Shown piece by piece: positions 52,572 to 61,918 of a stretch of DNA of 64,000 bases. Numbering within the stretch: the stretch's first letter is position 1; every line of letters starts with the position of its first letter. Both the position numbers and the translations under genes were made by a program. This stretch comes from Pseudomonadales bacterium. Lineage in GTDB: Bacteria; Pseudomonadota; Gammaproteobacteria; Pseudomonadales; UBA5518. The notes below the pieces were generated by a model. That model made no database searches. It had not been told where the DNA came from and worked only from the letters and a program-made list of their open reading frames with translations. The DNA lies in NCBI GenBank assembly GCA_022072145.1, contig JAJVIG010000016.1:152917-216916 (forward strand). The letters run 5' to 3'.

Positions 52572-53465
52572 ATGCCTTACCTGAAACGCAGTGATGCCAG
52601 CGTGTTCTTCGACGATACCGGCGGGCGCGGCGCGCCGATCGTCACGCTGCACGGCTTCATCGAGAACGGCAGCTACTGGGGACGCACCGGCGTCTCGGGC
52701 GCGCTGGCCGACGCCGGCTACCGCGTGATCGACATGGACATGCGCGGCCACGGGCGCAGCGTGCCGGAAGGCGCGAACCCGGGGTATTCGATCGAGTCGG
52801 TCGCCGCGGACATCGGCGCGCTCGCCGATCTGCTTGGCCTGCAGCGCTTCCACCTGCTCACGCACGCCACCGGCGGCATGGCGGCGCTGCGCTACGCGAT
52901 GGACCACAGCGAGCGGCTGCTGTCGATCACCTCCAGCGATACCTCCTCGGCCACCATCCCGCTCGAGAAGTACTGCGGGCCGGAATGGGACGAGCAGCCG
53001 GTGCCGATGGACGATCCCGACATCCTCTCGGTCGCCGAATTCAACGCCGGCAACCTGGCGGCGTTCCCGAACTTCGCCGAGATGTTCCGCCGCCTGCGCG
53101 AGGACCCGGCGAACCACCCGCTGGCGCCGTTCTACAACCGTTTCGAGAGCAACGCCGACCCCGAACGCTGCTGGCGCTGGGCGCTGGAGATCCAGTCGCT
53201 GAACAACCCGGTGCTGTGCAGCGCCTTCGCGCGCAGCTACTACGCGGACCACGATCCGCGCACCGCGGCCCTGCGGCGCATCGGCTGTCCGAACCTGGTG
53301 ATCGTGGGCGAGCACGACTTCTACATGGTGAAGCCCGCCGAACAGCTCGCGCGCTGCATACCGCAGGCGGAGCTGGTCGTGATGGAAGGTCTTGGCCACA
53401 TGACCGCGATCGAGGCACCTGAGCGTATCACCGAACTGGCGCTGCGCTTCCTGCGCTCGCTGTAG
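52572..53465 (+). CDS. alpha/beta-hydrolase fold protein with non-canonical nucleophile elbow
   Basis: In-frame ATG 52572. IVTLHGFIENGSYW, DMRGHGRS. The elbow reads LLTHATGGMAA where G-H-S-x-G-G is expected. The TAG stop lies inside a REP. Confidence 0.75.
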   Translation: MPYLKRSDASVFFDDTGGRGAPIVTLHGFIENGSYWGRTGVSGALADAGYRVIDMDMRGHGRSVPEGANPGYSIESVAADIGALADLLGLQRFHLLTHATGGMAALRYAMDHSERLLSITSSDTSSATIPLEKYCGPEWDEQPVPMDDPDILSVAEFNAGNLAAFPNFAEMFRRLREDPANHPLAPFYNRFESNADPERCWRWALEIQSLNNPVLCSAFARSYYADHDPRTAALRRIGCPNLVIVGEHDFYMVKPAEQLARCIPQAELVVMEGLGHMTAIEAPERITELALRFLRSL

Positions 53466-53484
53466 GTTCGGCCTGTGGCCGAAC
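53462..53484. repeat. REP element (GTAG + gttcggcc-tgt-ggccgaac)
   Basis: GTAG at 53462-53465, whose TAG is the stop of the hydrolase gene. Perfect 8-bp stem and 3-nt loop at 53466-53484. Confidence 0.85.
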
Positions 53485-53498
53485 ATGCATCGCCGGCG

Positions 53499-54668
53499 TC
53501 AATCGCGCCCGAAGATCACCGCGCCGGTGGGCACGCCCACTCCGCTGGACACCAGCACGTGCTCGGCGCGCCTGGGCTGGTTGCACGAGGTGCCGCGGAT
53601 CAGGCGCACGCCTTCGGCGATGTTGTTGACGCCGTGGATGTACGCCTCCGACAGCAGCCCGCCGTGGGTGTTGTTCGGCAGCCGGCCGTCGATGCGCAGG
53701 TTGCCGTCGGCCACGAAATCCTTCGCCTCGCCGCGCTCGCAGAAACCGAAGGACTCTAGCTGCATGACGATCTCGGTCGAGAACGCGTCGTACAGGCACG
53801 CGGCGTCGATGTCCTTCGGCCCCAGTCCCGACATCGCGTAGACGCGCCGCGCGGCCAGTTCCATCTCCGGCAGCGAATCGAGCTCCTCGCGGTAGAAGCT
53901 GGTCATCTGCTCCTGGCCGCGCGTGGAGGCCTGCGTGACACCGCGGATCACCGCCGGCTTCTGGCGCAGGTCGCGCGCGCGCTCGGTGCTGGTGATCAGC
54001 AGCGCGCAGGCACCGTCGGTTTCCTGGCAGCAGTCGTAGATGCACAGCCGCTCGGTGATGCGTTTCGCGGCCATGTACTCCTCGATCGTCAGCGGGCGTC
54101 CGTAGCCGGCTGCATTCGGGTTGTTGAGCGCGAAGGTGCGTTGCGCGATCGCGACCTCGGCGAGGTGCTCGCGCGTCACGCCGTACTTGTGCATGTAGGT
54201 GTTGGCGATCATCGCCACCCACGACACCGGGGTCAGCATGCCGTAGGCCATGTACCACGACCAGTGGATCAGGTCGCTGCTGATGATGTTGCCCGAGACG
54301 CCCTGCCCCATGCGCTGACCCGAGCGGCCGTTCATCGCACGCCAGACGATCACGTTCTTCGCGGCACCTGAGGTCACCGCCATCACTGCCTGCTGGATCA
54401 GCCCGACCGCCGCGCCGCCGCCGTAGTTGATCTTGGCCCACATCGTCAGGTCACCGAGGCCGACCGCGCGCGCGACCTCGATCTCGTCGCTGGTCTCCAT
54501 CGTGTAGGTGACCAGACCATCGACCTCGGCCGGGTCGAGGCCGGCGTCGTCGCAACAGTTGCGCACCGCCTCGCACGCCAGCGCGAGTTCCGAGACGCCC
54601 GAATTCTTGGTGTACTTCGTGGTGCCGATACCGGCGACCGCTGCCTGGTTCTTCATCGAAACCGCCAT
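53499..54668 (-). CDS. thiolase-like (SCP-x / Ltp-type) protein lacking the nucleophilic Cys
   Basis: 389 aa. AAVAGIGTTKYTK..., and INYGGGAAVGLIQQA where thiolases have C-(A/S)-(S/T)-G. NNTHGGLLSEAYIHG near the C-terminus. Confidence 0.8.
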   Translation of the reverse strand: MAVSMKNQAAVAGIGTTKYTKNSGVSELALACEAVRNCCDDAGLDPAEVDGLVTYTMETSDEIEVARAVGLGDLTMWAKINYGGGAAVGLIQQAVMAVTSGAAKNVIVWRAMNGRSGQRMGQGVSGNIISSDLIHWSWYMAYGMLTPVSWVAMIANTYMHKYGVTREHLAEVAIAQRTFALNNPNAAGYGRPLTIEEYMAAKRITERLCIYDCCQETDGACALLITSTERARDLRQKPAVIRGVTQASTRGQEQMTSFYREELDSLPEMELAARRVYAMSGLGPKDIDAACLYDAFSTEIVMQLESFGFCERGEAKDFVADGNLRIDGRLPNNTHGGLLSEAYIHGVNNIAEGVRLIRGTSCNQPRRAEHVLVSSGVGVPTGAVIFGRD

Positions 54669-54669
54669 C

Positions 54670-55086
54670 TCAGATCCCCCCCTTCGCTGCCGGCCGGAAC
54701 ATCGGGATCTTGAACCCGTCCTCGTCCTCGTGGATGTAAGCCGTCACGGCCATACCGAAATCGACCTCCTCGGGCGTGCAACCGGTGAGGCACGAGGTGA
54801 CACGGGTGCCCTCCTCGAGATCGACCAGCACGATGTTCAACGGGTACTCGTAACCGGGGAACTGCGGGTAGTACAGCGTGGTGTAGCTGGTCACGGTGCC
54901 CTTGCCGCTGGAGGCGACGAAGTCCCATTCGAGCGAGCGGCACTCGCTGCACATCGGGCGGGGCGGATGGCGCAGCGTCTGGCACTGCGTGCAGCGCTGG
55001 ATCGCGACCACGCCCTGCGCCGCCTGCTCCCACCACCATGCGTTGTCGTGCCCCATCGGGGGCTTGATACGGCCGGGCTTCGGCAT
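54670..55086 (-). CDS. DUF35 OB-fold / zinc-ribbon acyl-CoA-associated protein
   Basis: 138 aa. Zinc ribbon CTQCQ...CSEC followed by an OB-fold. Its stop is 1 nt from the thiolase-like start. Confidence 0.8.
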   Translation of the reverse strand: MPKPGRIKPPMGHDNAWWWEQAAQGVVAIQRCTQCQTLRHPPRPMCSECRSLEWDFVASSGKGTVTSYTTLYYPQFPGYEYPLNIVLVDLEEGTRVTSCLTGCTPEEVDFGMAVTAYIHEDEDGFKIPMFRPAAKGGI

Positions 55087-55239
55087 CTTCTGCTCCTCTC
55101 GGTGTCGGTTGTTGTAGTTCAGGTTACGTATGGTAACACCGGGCGCCGCGTTACGTACCGGTCACGTTTGCCCCGGACGGGCCGGCGGCGGTTATCATGG
55201 CGCCCGTTCGACGAACCGCGCCAGGAGGTCCGCCCACCG

Positions 55240-55719
55240 ATGTCGAGCGAACACCTCGCCCTGGCGCGTGCGCTGCACGTGTGCGCGATCGTGATGTGGA
55301 TAGGGGGCGTGGCCTTCGTGACCACGGTGCTGCTGCCCTCGGTGCGCCGTCTGAAGGAACCGCAGCAGCGGGTGGCGTTCTTCGAGGCGATCGAGGGGCG
55401 CTTCGCATGGCAAGCGCGCGCCACCACGCTGCTGGCCGGCGCCACCGGTTTCTACCTCACGTGGGTCTGGGATCTGTGGGAGCGTTTCACGAACCCGCAG
55501 TTCTGGTGGATGCACGCGATGGTCGCGATCTGGCTGCTGTTCACGGTGATGCTGTTCGTCGCCGAACCGCTGTTCCTGCATCGCTGGTTCATCGAACGCG
55601 CGCGGCGCGAACCGGAGCGGGTGTTCCGGCGCATCGAACGCATGCACTGGCTGCTGCTCACGCTGAGCGTGGCGACCGTGATCGGCGCGGTGGCCGGCAG
55701 CCATGGCGGGCTGAACTGA
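55240..55719 (+). CDS. hypothetical integral membrane protein (about 4 TM helices)
   Basis: In-frame ATG 55240 after AGGAGG. Hydrophobic segments LHVCAIVMWIGGVAFVTTVLL, TTLLAGATGFYLTWVW, MVAIWLLFTVMLFVA, LLLTLSVATVIGAVA. Confidence 0.5.
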   Translation: MSSEHLALARALHVCAIVMWIGGVAFVTTVLLPSVRRLKEPQQRVAFFEAIEGRFAWQARATTLLAGATGFYLTWVWDLWERFTNPQFWWMHAMVAIWLLFTVMLFVAEPLFLHRWFIERARREPERVFRRIERMHWLLLTLSVATVIGAVAGSHGGLN

Positions 55720-55762
55720 CCGCGCCCGGGTCAACGAAACTTCCAGATCGAGGAGCAACACC

Positions 55763-57232
55763 TTGTCCAGACCGTATTCGCTTTCGCAGCCGCTTCGCCT
55801 CGACGCGGTGCAACACTGGGACATCGAAACCGAGGTGGCGGTGGTCGGCTTCGGCATCGCCGGGGCCTGCGCCGCGATCGAGGCGCGCCTCGCCGGTGCC
55901 ACCGTCACCGTGTTCGAGCTCGCGGCGGTCTCCGGCGGCAGCACCGCGCTCTCGGGCGGCGAGTTCTATCTTGGCGGCAATGGCGGCACGGCGGTGCAGC
56001 GCGCGGCCGGCTTCGAGGATGCCACCGAGGATTTCCGCGAATACCTGATGATGGCCGGCGGCGCCAACGCCGACGAGGCACGCGTGCGCTGCTATGCCGA
56101 GGGCGCGCGCGATCATTTCGACTGGCTGGTCGCGCAGGGTGTGCCGTTCAAGGGCACCTACTCGGCCGAGAAATGCCTCGAGCCGCTGACCGACGACACG
56201 CTGGTATGGTCGGGCAGCGAGAAGGCGTGGCCCTTCGCCGAGCGCGCCAGACCCGCACCGCGCGGGCATGCCGCGCAACTGGTCGGCATGGGCGCCGGCC
56301 GGGTGATCATGGAGAAGCTCACCGAACGCGTGAACGCACTCGGCATCCAGACGCGCTACAGCGCACGCGCGCTGGCGCTGGTGGCCGACGACGACAACCG
56401 CGTGCACGGCCTGGTGGTGCGCATCGACGGCGAGCCGCGCGTGGTGCGCGCCAGCAAGGGCGTGATCCTGTGCACCGGCGGCTTCATCTGCAACGAGGAC
56501 ATGGTGCGCCGCTACGTGCCGGCGGCGCTGAAGTGCCCGAACCCGACCAGCGCCGGCAACGACCACGGCGCCGGCATCCAGCTCGGCGCGTCCGTGGGCG
56601 GCGCCACGATCCACATGGGCGAGTTCTTCGCGACGCGCCCGATGTTCCCGCCGGACCAGTTGCTGAACGGCATCCTGGTCAACACCACGGGCCAGCGCTT
56701 CATCAACGAGGACGCGTACCACGGGCGCGTCACGCAGTACATGATGCGCCAGCCCGGCGACCACTGCTGGCTGCTGGTGGACAACGCGATCTTCGCACGT
56801 CCGTGGGTGTTCCAGGACATCGAGATCAGCGCGGCCGGCGAGACGTGGGAGGAAGTGGAAGCGGAACTCGGGATGCCGGCGGGCGAACTGGTGCACACCG
56901 TGACAACCTACAACCGTCACGCGGCCGGGGGCCAGGATCCGCTGTGGCACAAGATCCCGCAGTACCTGCGTCCGCTGGTCGAGCCGCCGTTCGCGGCGTT
57001 GAACTTCGGCGGCGATGCGGTCTCCGGCACCTCGTTCACGCTGGGCGGACTGTCGACGCTGCCGACCGGGCAGGTGCTCACACCCGACGGCAACGTGATC
57101 GAGGGCCTGTACGCGGCAGGGCGCACCGCCTGCGGCATCCCGCGCTGGGGCGACGGCTACAGCTCGGGCATGTCGCTCGGCGATTCCAGCTTCTTCGGCC
57201 GCCAGGCCGGACGCCACGCCGCCAACACGTAG
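55763..57232 (+). CDS. FAD-dependent oxidoreductase, 3-ketosteroid dehydrogenase / fumarate-reductase flavoprotein-like
   Basis: 489 aa (TTG start per track; start uncertain). Dinucleotide fold VAVVGFGIAGACAAIEA...SGGSTALSGG. C-terminal GLYAAGRTACG. Confidence 0.75.
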   Translation: MSRPYSLSQPLRLDAVQHWDIETEVAVVGFGIAGACAAIEARLAGATVTVFELAAVSGGSTALSGGEFYLGGNGGTAVQRAAGFEDATEDFREYLMMAGGANADEARVRCYAEGARDHFDWLVAQGVPFKGTYSAEKCLEPLTDDTLVWSGSEKAWPFAERARPAPRGHAAQLVGMGAGRVIMEKLTERVNALGIQTRYSARALALVADDDNRVHGLVVRIDGEPRVVRASKGVILCTGGFICNEDMVRRYVPAALKCPNPTSAGNDHGAGIQLGASVGGATIHMGEFFATRPMFPPDQLLNGILVNTTGQRFINEDAYHGRVTQYMMRQPGDHCWLLVDNAIFARPWVFQDIEISAAGETWEEVEAELGMPAGELVHTVTTYNRHAAGGQDPLWHKIPQYLRPLVEPPFAALNFGGDAVSGTSFTLGGLSTLPTGQVLTPDGNVIEGLYAAGRTACGIPRWGDGYSSGMSLGDSSFFGRQAGRHAANT

Positions 57233-57264
57233 GTTCGGCCTCCGGCCGCCGCGCCGCGACCTAC
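57229..57264. repeat. degenerate REP spanning the whole spacer between convergent genes
   Basis: gtaggttcggcctccggccgccgcgccgcgacctac. The GTAG head at 57229-57232 and the CTAC tail at 57261-57264 each supply a TAG stop, one per strand. Confidence 0.7.
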
Positions 57265-59888
57265 AGCGACCGCATTTCGCGCGCCGCCACGCCGAGGTCG
57301 CGCCAGTCCTCGGGGTGGCAGCTGAACAGCAGGATCTGGTGGCGCCCGGCGGCGTCGAAGAGGATGCGCTTCATCTGCGCCAGGCGCTCGCGGTCGGTGT
57401 GCACCAGCGCATCGTCGAGGATGATCAGCGTGGGCCGGCCGGCTTCCTGCAGCAGATCCGCGTAAGCCAGCCGGCTGATCAGACCGGTCTGCTCGCGCGC
57501 GCCGAAACTCAGCGTGAGCACGTCGCCGTGCTGATCGCTGCCATCGACGCGGCGCACCAGCGTCTGCGGCACCAGGTTCTCGTCGACGTCCAGGCTCGCC
57601 TGCGCGAACAGCAACTGCAGATAGTGATTCAGGTGGCGCTGCAACGGCGCCTGCAGCCGCCGCGTGAGCTCCTGGCGCTTGACGCGCAACAGCCCCAGCA
57701 GCAGATCCAGCGCACCGGCGCGACGCCCGAGTTGTTCGCGCCGGCGTGCCGCGAGCTCCAGCGTCTGCAGCGTCGCGGCGCGTCGCTCCTCGATGCCGTG
57801 CGCGCCCAGCGCCTCCAGGCTGCTCTGCAGCCGATGGAATTCGCGCTCGCGCACCTGTGCCTCGTGCTCCAGCGAATCCGCGCTGGCGTTCAAGCGCCGC
57901 TGGTCCTGCTCCAGCACCTCGGGCCGCACGGCGTCGATGGCGAGCTGGCGGGTCGCGATCGTCTCCTGCAGCGCACGCTCGGTGGCCAGCAGTTCGACCA
58001 GTTTCGCCTGGCTCTCGTCGACTTGCCGGCGCCGGTCCGGCGCCTGCACCAGCGCCTCGACCCGCTGGCATTCCGCGCGTGCGTGCGCGAACCTGTGCTC
58101 CGCGATACCGATCTCGCGCTCCAGATCGACCGCCGCGCGCCGCGCCGCATCCAGCTCCTCGCTGGCGCGTTCCGCGGCGCGCTGCGCGTCCTTGACGCTC
58201 GCCGCAGCGGCCGTCGCCGCCGGCAGTTCCGCCAGCGACGCCTGCAGACCCTCGCGGCGCCGACGCTCCAGTTGCTGTGCCTGCTGCAGTGCGTCGATGC
58301 CCTCCGGCGCGATCTCCCCGAGCAGCGACTCGCGGCGCTCGATCCCGTGACGCAGCGTGCGCGCGCGTTCGACGCGCTCCTCGGCCTGCGCGAGGCTGCC
58401 CACGCGCAACGCCGCGAGTGCGGCGGCGACGGCGTCCTGCAGCCGCTCGCGCTGGCGCAGCAGTTCGGCGAGGTCCTCGCCTCCGGGCTGGATGTGCAGA
58501 TCGCCCACGCCCTCGACGCGCAGCCGCACCGGCTCCAGCAGCAGGCGCTCGCCGTGGCCGGTCAGCGTCTCGTCGCCCAACAGCAGATGGCGTTGCGGCT
58601 GCAGCTCGAAGCGCAGCCGCGTGGCGACCGTGCGCTCCTGCAGCGCCAGATCCTCCAGTGCGCGTGCATCCTTCTTCAGCCGAGCCAGCCGGCGCGTGTC
58701 GATCTCGGTGGACTGCAGCTCCTCGCGCAGGCCGAGCAGTTCAGCCTGCAGCGTCTGCGCCTTGCCCAGGCGCCCGGCGGCGGCGTCCAGCTCGTTGGTG
58801 AGCTGCACCACCGAGCCTTGCAGCTGCGTGCGCTGCTCCTCCTGGTGCGCCACCTGCAACGCGTCGCGCGCGACCCCGTGCGCGGCCTGGGCGCGCTCCA
58901 GTCGCGAGGCGATCGCCGGCTGCGCGGCGCGCAGATCCGCCAGCGCCCGCTCGGCAACGCGCTGTTTTTCGCCGCGATCGCGCAGCTCCTGTTCCTGCCC
59001 GTCGAAGTCCAGCAGCCTCTCGCGGCACGCGCGCTGCGCTGCGCGTCCCTCCTCGAGTTGTTCGCGCGCGCGCTGCTGCTCGGCCTGCGCGCCGCGCGCC
59101 TCGGCGAGCCGCGCGGCGGCCTCCGCCGCCTGCCGCCGGAACTCCTCCCACGGCCGGCCGTGGTCCTCGCGCATGAGCTCGAACAGCTCGCCGAGCCGAT
59201 CGACCTGTTCGCGGTACGTGGCCAGGTCGGCGTCCAGTTGCCCGAGCGCGGCGCCTTGTTCCTCGTGCTCCGCGATCGCACGCTGGTACTCGCCGGTCGG
59301 ACGACCGGTGGAGGTCAGCAACAGCGCACGCTCGCGCTCGACCCGCGCCAGTACCTCGTCACCCGCGCTGCTCGCCACCTCGCCCAGACTGCGCCCCAGC
59401 GCCGACTTCAGGTGCTCGCCGGCGAAGGCCACCGCCTGCTGCAGCTCGTGCCCCGTGCCCTGCTCGATCCACAGCAAGCCCGGAATCCCCCAGTGCTCGG
59501 GCCGGCTGGCGCCGCGGCCGGGGAACTGGAAGCCGAGCAACCCGGCGAGCCGTTCCTCGGCCTCCTCGCCGCTGAACGCGCGGCCGCCGACCTGCAGATC
59601 GCAGCGCTTCTGGCGCAGGAAGCTCTTGACCAGCCGCCAGCGCTCGCCGCCCCAGTCGAACTCGAGCGTGACGCGCGGCGCCGCCGAGGAATCGCCCCAC
59701 GGCTGCAGGTCCTCGACGCTGGCGGACTTGTGACGCTCGAAGAACGCCGCGCGGATCGCGCGCACCAGCGTGCTCTTGCCCGACTCGTTGGGACCGGTGA
59801 ACAGGTTGATGCCATCGGCGAGGTCTTCGATGCACACCGCCTGGCGGAACTGGCGGAGCTGCTCGACGCGGATGCTGCGCAGTTTCAT
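57261..59888 (-). CDS. SMC-like AAA ATPase, SbcC/YhaN-like, no zinc hook
   Basis: In-frame ATG 59888 (MKLRSIRVEQLRQF...). Walker A FTGPNESGKST. About 700 aa of Q/E/R/A/L-rich coiled coil. Signature LSFGAREQ. Walker B TLIILDDALVHTD. No CxxC anywhere. Confidence 0.75.
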   Translation of the reverse strand: MKLRSIRVEQLRQFRQAVCIEDLADGINLFTGPNESGKSTLVRAIRAAFFERHKSASVEDLQPWGDSSAAPRVTLEFDWGGERWRLVKSFLRQKRCDLQVGGRAFSGEEAEERLAGLLGFQFPGRGASRPEHWGIPGLLWIEQGTGHELQQAVAFAGEHLKSALGRSLGEVASSAGDEVLARVERERALLLTSTGRPTGEYQRAIAEHEEQGAALGQLDADLATYREQVDRLGELFELMREDHGRPWEEFRRQAAEAAARLAEARGAQAEQQRAREQLEEGRAAQRACRERLLDFDGQEQELRDRGEKQRVAERALADLRAAQPAIASRLERAQAAHGVARDALQVAHQEEQRTQLQGSVVQLTNELDAAAGRLGKAQTLQAELLGLREELQSTEIDTRRLARLKKDARALEDLALQERTVATRLRFELQPQRHLLLGDETLTGHGERLLLEPVRLRVEGVGDLHIQPGGEDLAELLRQRERLQDAVAAALAALRVGSLAQAEERVERARTLRHGIERRESLLGEIAPEGIDALQQAQQLERRRREGLQASLAELPAATAAAASVKDAQRAAERASEELDAARRAAVDLEREIGIAEHRFAHARAECQRVEALVQAPDRRRQVDESQAKLVELLATERALQETIATRQLAIDAVRPEVLEQDQRRLNASADSLEHEAQVREREFHRLQSSLEALGAHGIEERRAATLQTLELAARRREQLGRRAGALDLLLGLLRVKRQELTRRLQAPLQRHLNHYLQLLFAQASLDVDENLVPQTLVRRVDGSDQHGDVLTLSFGAREQTGLISRLAYADLLQEAGRPTLIILDDALVHTDRERLAQMKRILFDAAGRHQILLFSCHPEDWRDLGVAAREMRSL

Positions 59889-61009
59889 CAGCGCACCTCC
59901 CCGGCCGCGCGCTCGCCGAGCAGCCCCGCGAGGATCACCAGCGCCTCGCGCGCCAGCGCGTCGGCCGCGTCCGCCTGACGGTCGCGCAACTCGGCCAGCA
60001 CGTCGCCCACGTAACCGTCGGCCTGCAGCGCCGCGATATCGGACTCCGAGGGTTGCAACCGCAGCCCCGACAGATCGGTGAGCAGCGCGCGCTGGCGCGC
60101 CTCGGCCACCGCGAGAATCTCCTGCAGCCGCTGCCGGCCCGCGAGATCGAGCCGACCCTCGATAGCGAGTTGCAGCACCGATTGCGGCGCCAGCCGCTCG
60201 AGTTCCTGCGCGAGCCGGTCCAGGTCCGTGTCCACGTCCAGCCGGAACTGCCACGCCTGCCACGCGTACTGCCCGCTCCGGCGCGGCTCGACCCGCGGCG
60301 CCGAGCCGTCGACCGGGACGTCGACCAGCAACACCTGCCCGGCGCCGTTGTCCTTGAAGCGGTCCTGCTCAGGCGTGCCGCTGTACCAGCAGCGCTCGTC
60401 GATACGCTTGGCGCCGTGCCAGTCGCCGAGCGCCAGATACGCCAGCCGCGCACGCGCGGCCCGATCGGCGGCGATCGGGTTCGGCGAGTCGATGTCCTCG
60501 GCCAGCACGCCCTGCACGCTGCCGTGCGCCAGCCCGATGCGCAGCAACCCCGGCGCGGTCCCGGTGCGATCGAACCAGTCGCTGAGGTCACCATAGGTAT
60601 GGCGCTGCGTGAGCGGTGCGGCCAGCACCGCGAAACCCAGCGCCTCGAACGCATACACGCCCGGCTTCAGCAAGAGCTGCGCGTTAGCGGGCACCGCGCC
60701 CAGGCGCTGCGCGCGCGTCCACACGCTCTCGGCCAGCGCCGCGTCGTGGTTGCCGGGAATCATGAGCCACGGCCCCGGATACGCGGCAAGCGCGTTGAAC
60801 AGTCGGCGGATCGTGCGATCCGACACCGTCTGCGCATCGAACACGTCACCGGCCACCAGCACCGCGTCCACGCGCTCCTCGCGCGCGATGGCGGCGATCG
60901 TCTCCACCGTGGTGATCCGTGCCTCTGCCAGCGCGGCGGCGTCCTCCGCTTCGAAACGCGGATACTGGCGGCCGATCTGCCAGTCGGCGGTGTGCAGAAA
61001 GCGGGGCAT
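59888..61009 (-). CDS. metallophosphoesterase, SbcD/YhaO-like nuclease subunit
   Basis: In-frame ATG 61009. MPRFLHTADWQIG, VLVAGDVFD, MIPGNHD, GLAHG. Its stop overlaps the ATPase start by 1 nt (TGATG). Confidence 0.8.
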   Translation of the reverse strand: MPRFLHTADWQIGRQYPRFEAEDAAALAEARITTVETIAAIAREERVDAVLVAGDVFDAQTVSDRTIRRLFNALAAYPGPWLMIPGNHDAALAESVWTRAQRLGAVPANAQLLLKPGVYAFEALGFAVLAAPLTQRHTYGDLSDWFDRTGTAPGLLRIGLAHGSVQGVLAEDIDSPNPIAADRAARARLAYLALGDWHGAKRIDERCWYSGTPEQDRFKDNGAGQVLLVDVPVDGSAPRVEPRRSGQYAWQAWQFRLDVDTDLDRLAQELERLAPQSVLQLAIEGRLDLAGRQRLQEILAVAEARQRALLTDLSGLRLQPSESDIAALQADGYVGDVLAELRDRQADAADALAREALVILAGLLGERAAGEVR

Positions 61010-61330
61010 CGGCACGACTCCTCGGCGATTCTCGACGCAGGGCAAGCATAGCAGCGCCGATTGTCGCCGGGCGCAGCCTCAGGGGGTGCGGCTGCGGGGC
61101 GCGGTGCGCTCATTTGCGGTCACTGCCAGGCCAGTTCACACGCGGCAAGGCGACACGGCGACCACGTGTCGATGTTTTTTACACAACAATCGCCATCGCA
61201 TGTGTATGTGTTTGTTTTGCCTTCGCTTTATCCATTGGCGCAAAATTTGCTTAGTGAATCCGTCGGCGACGCAGCACACGGTGCGGCGTTACGTTAATCG
61301 ATTTTCTGATCCACCGAGGGAGCCCTACTC

Positions 61331-61918
61331 GTGAAACATCTCCTCACCGGCGCACTGTTTGCCATGCTCTGCACCACCGCCTCCGCCACCACGATCGAGG
61401 CACAACTCGGCGACACCGACGGCTTCGGCATCGGCGCGACTCATGCCAGCGGCTTCGAATGGTCCGCTGTCGGGGGTGGTGACGGTGACGGCACCGACAC
61501 GTGGGTGTACGGCACCCAGGCGGTGTCCCTGACCTACAGCCTCGGCGGCCTGGGGCCGATCACCTCGGCCTCGCTCGAGGTATTCACGGGAGGCCAGGGA
61601 CTCAATGGCCTCACCTCGGTGCTGATCGACGGTCAACTGCTCGGCACCCTCACCGACGGCGACGACGTCGGCCCGATGTACAACTACGCCTGGCGCAACA
61701 CCTTCGACCTCTCGTCGTTCCTCGCACTGCTCGACGGCAGCAACACGCTCACCTTCCAGACCATCAGTGGCGGCGACGGCTGGGTGCTCGACTACGCGCG
61801 GTTCACGATCTCGGACGATGGCGCCCCGGTGCCGGAACCGGGCGCACTCGCGCTGCTCGCCGCCGGCCTGATCGCCGTGCGCCTCGCGGCAAGAAAGCAG
61901 CGCACCGCCCAAGCGTAG
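61331..61918 (+). CDS. PEP-CTERM-anchored secreted protein
   Basis: 195 aa. GTG start, signal peptide (M)KHLLTGALFAMLCTTASA. C-terminal VPEPGALALLAAGLIAVRLAARKQR sorting signal. The TAG stop lies inside a REP. Confidence 0.7.
   Translation: MKHLLTGALFAMLCTTASATTIEAQLGDTDGFGIGATHASGFEWSAVGGGDGDGTDTWVYGTQAVSLTYSLGGLGPITSASLEVFTGGQGLNGLTSVLIDGQLLGTLTDGDDVGPMYNYAWRNTFDLSSFLALLDGSNTLTFQTISGGDGWVLDYARFTISDDGAPVPEPGALALLAAGLIAVRLAARKQRTAQA

Noticed and set aside
57315-59978. 887-aa plus-strand ORF
   Set aside because: It is antisense to the SbcC-like ATPase. The sequence is Q/L/R/A-rich mirror-image low complexity without Walker motifs.
57261-61009. SbcCD-like pair as an anti-phage defence system (Lamassu/Gabija-like)
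   Set aside because: There are no associated effector, helicase, methylase or integrase genes, and the flanks are ordinary. The evidence is insufficient to call it defence, so I kept it only as a low-interest finding.
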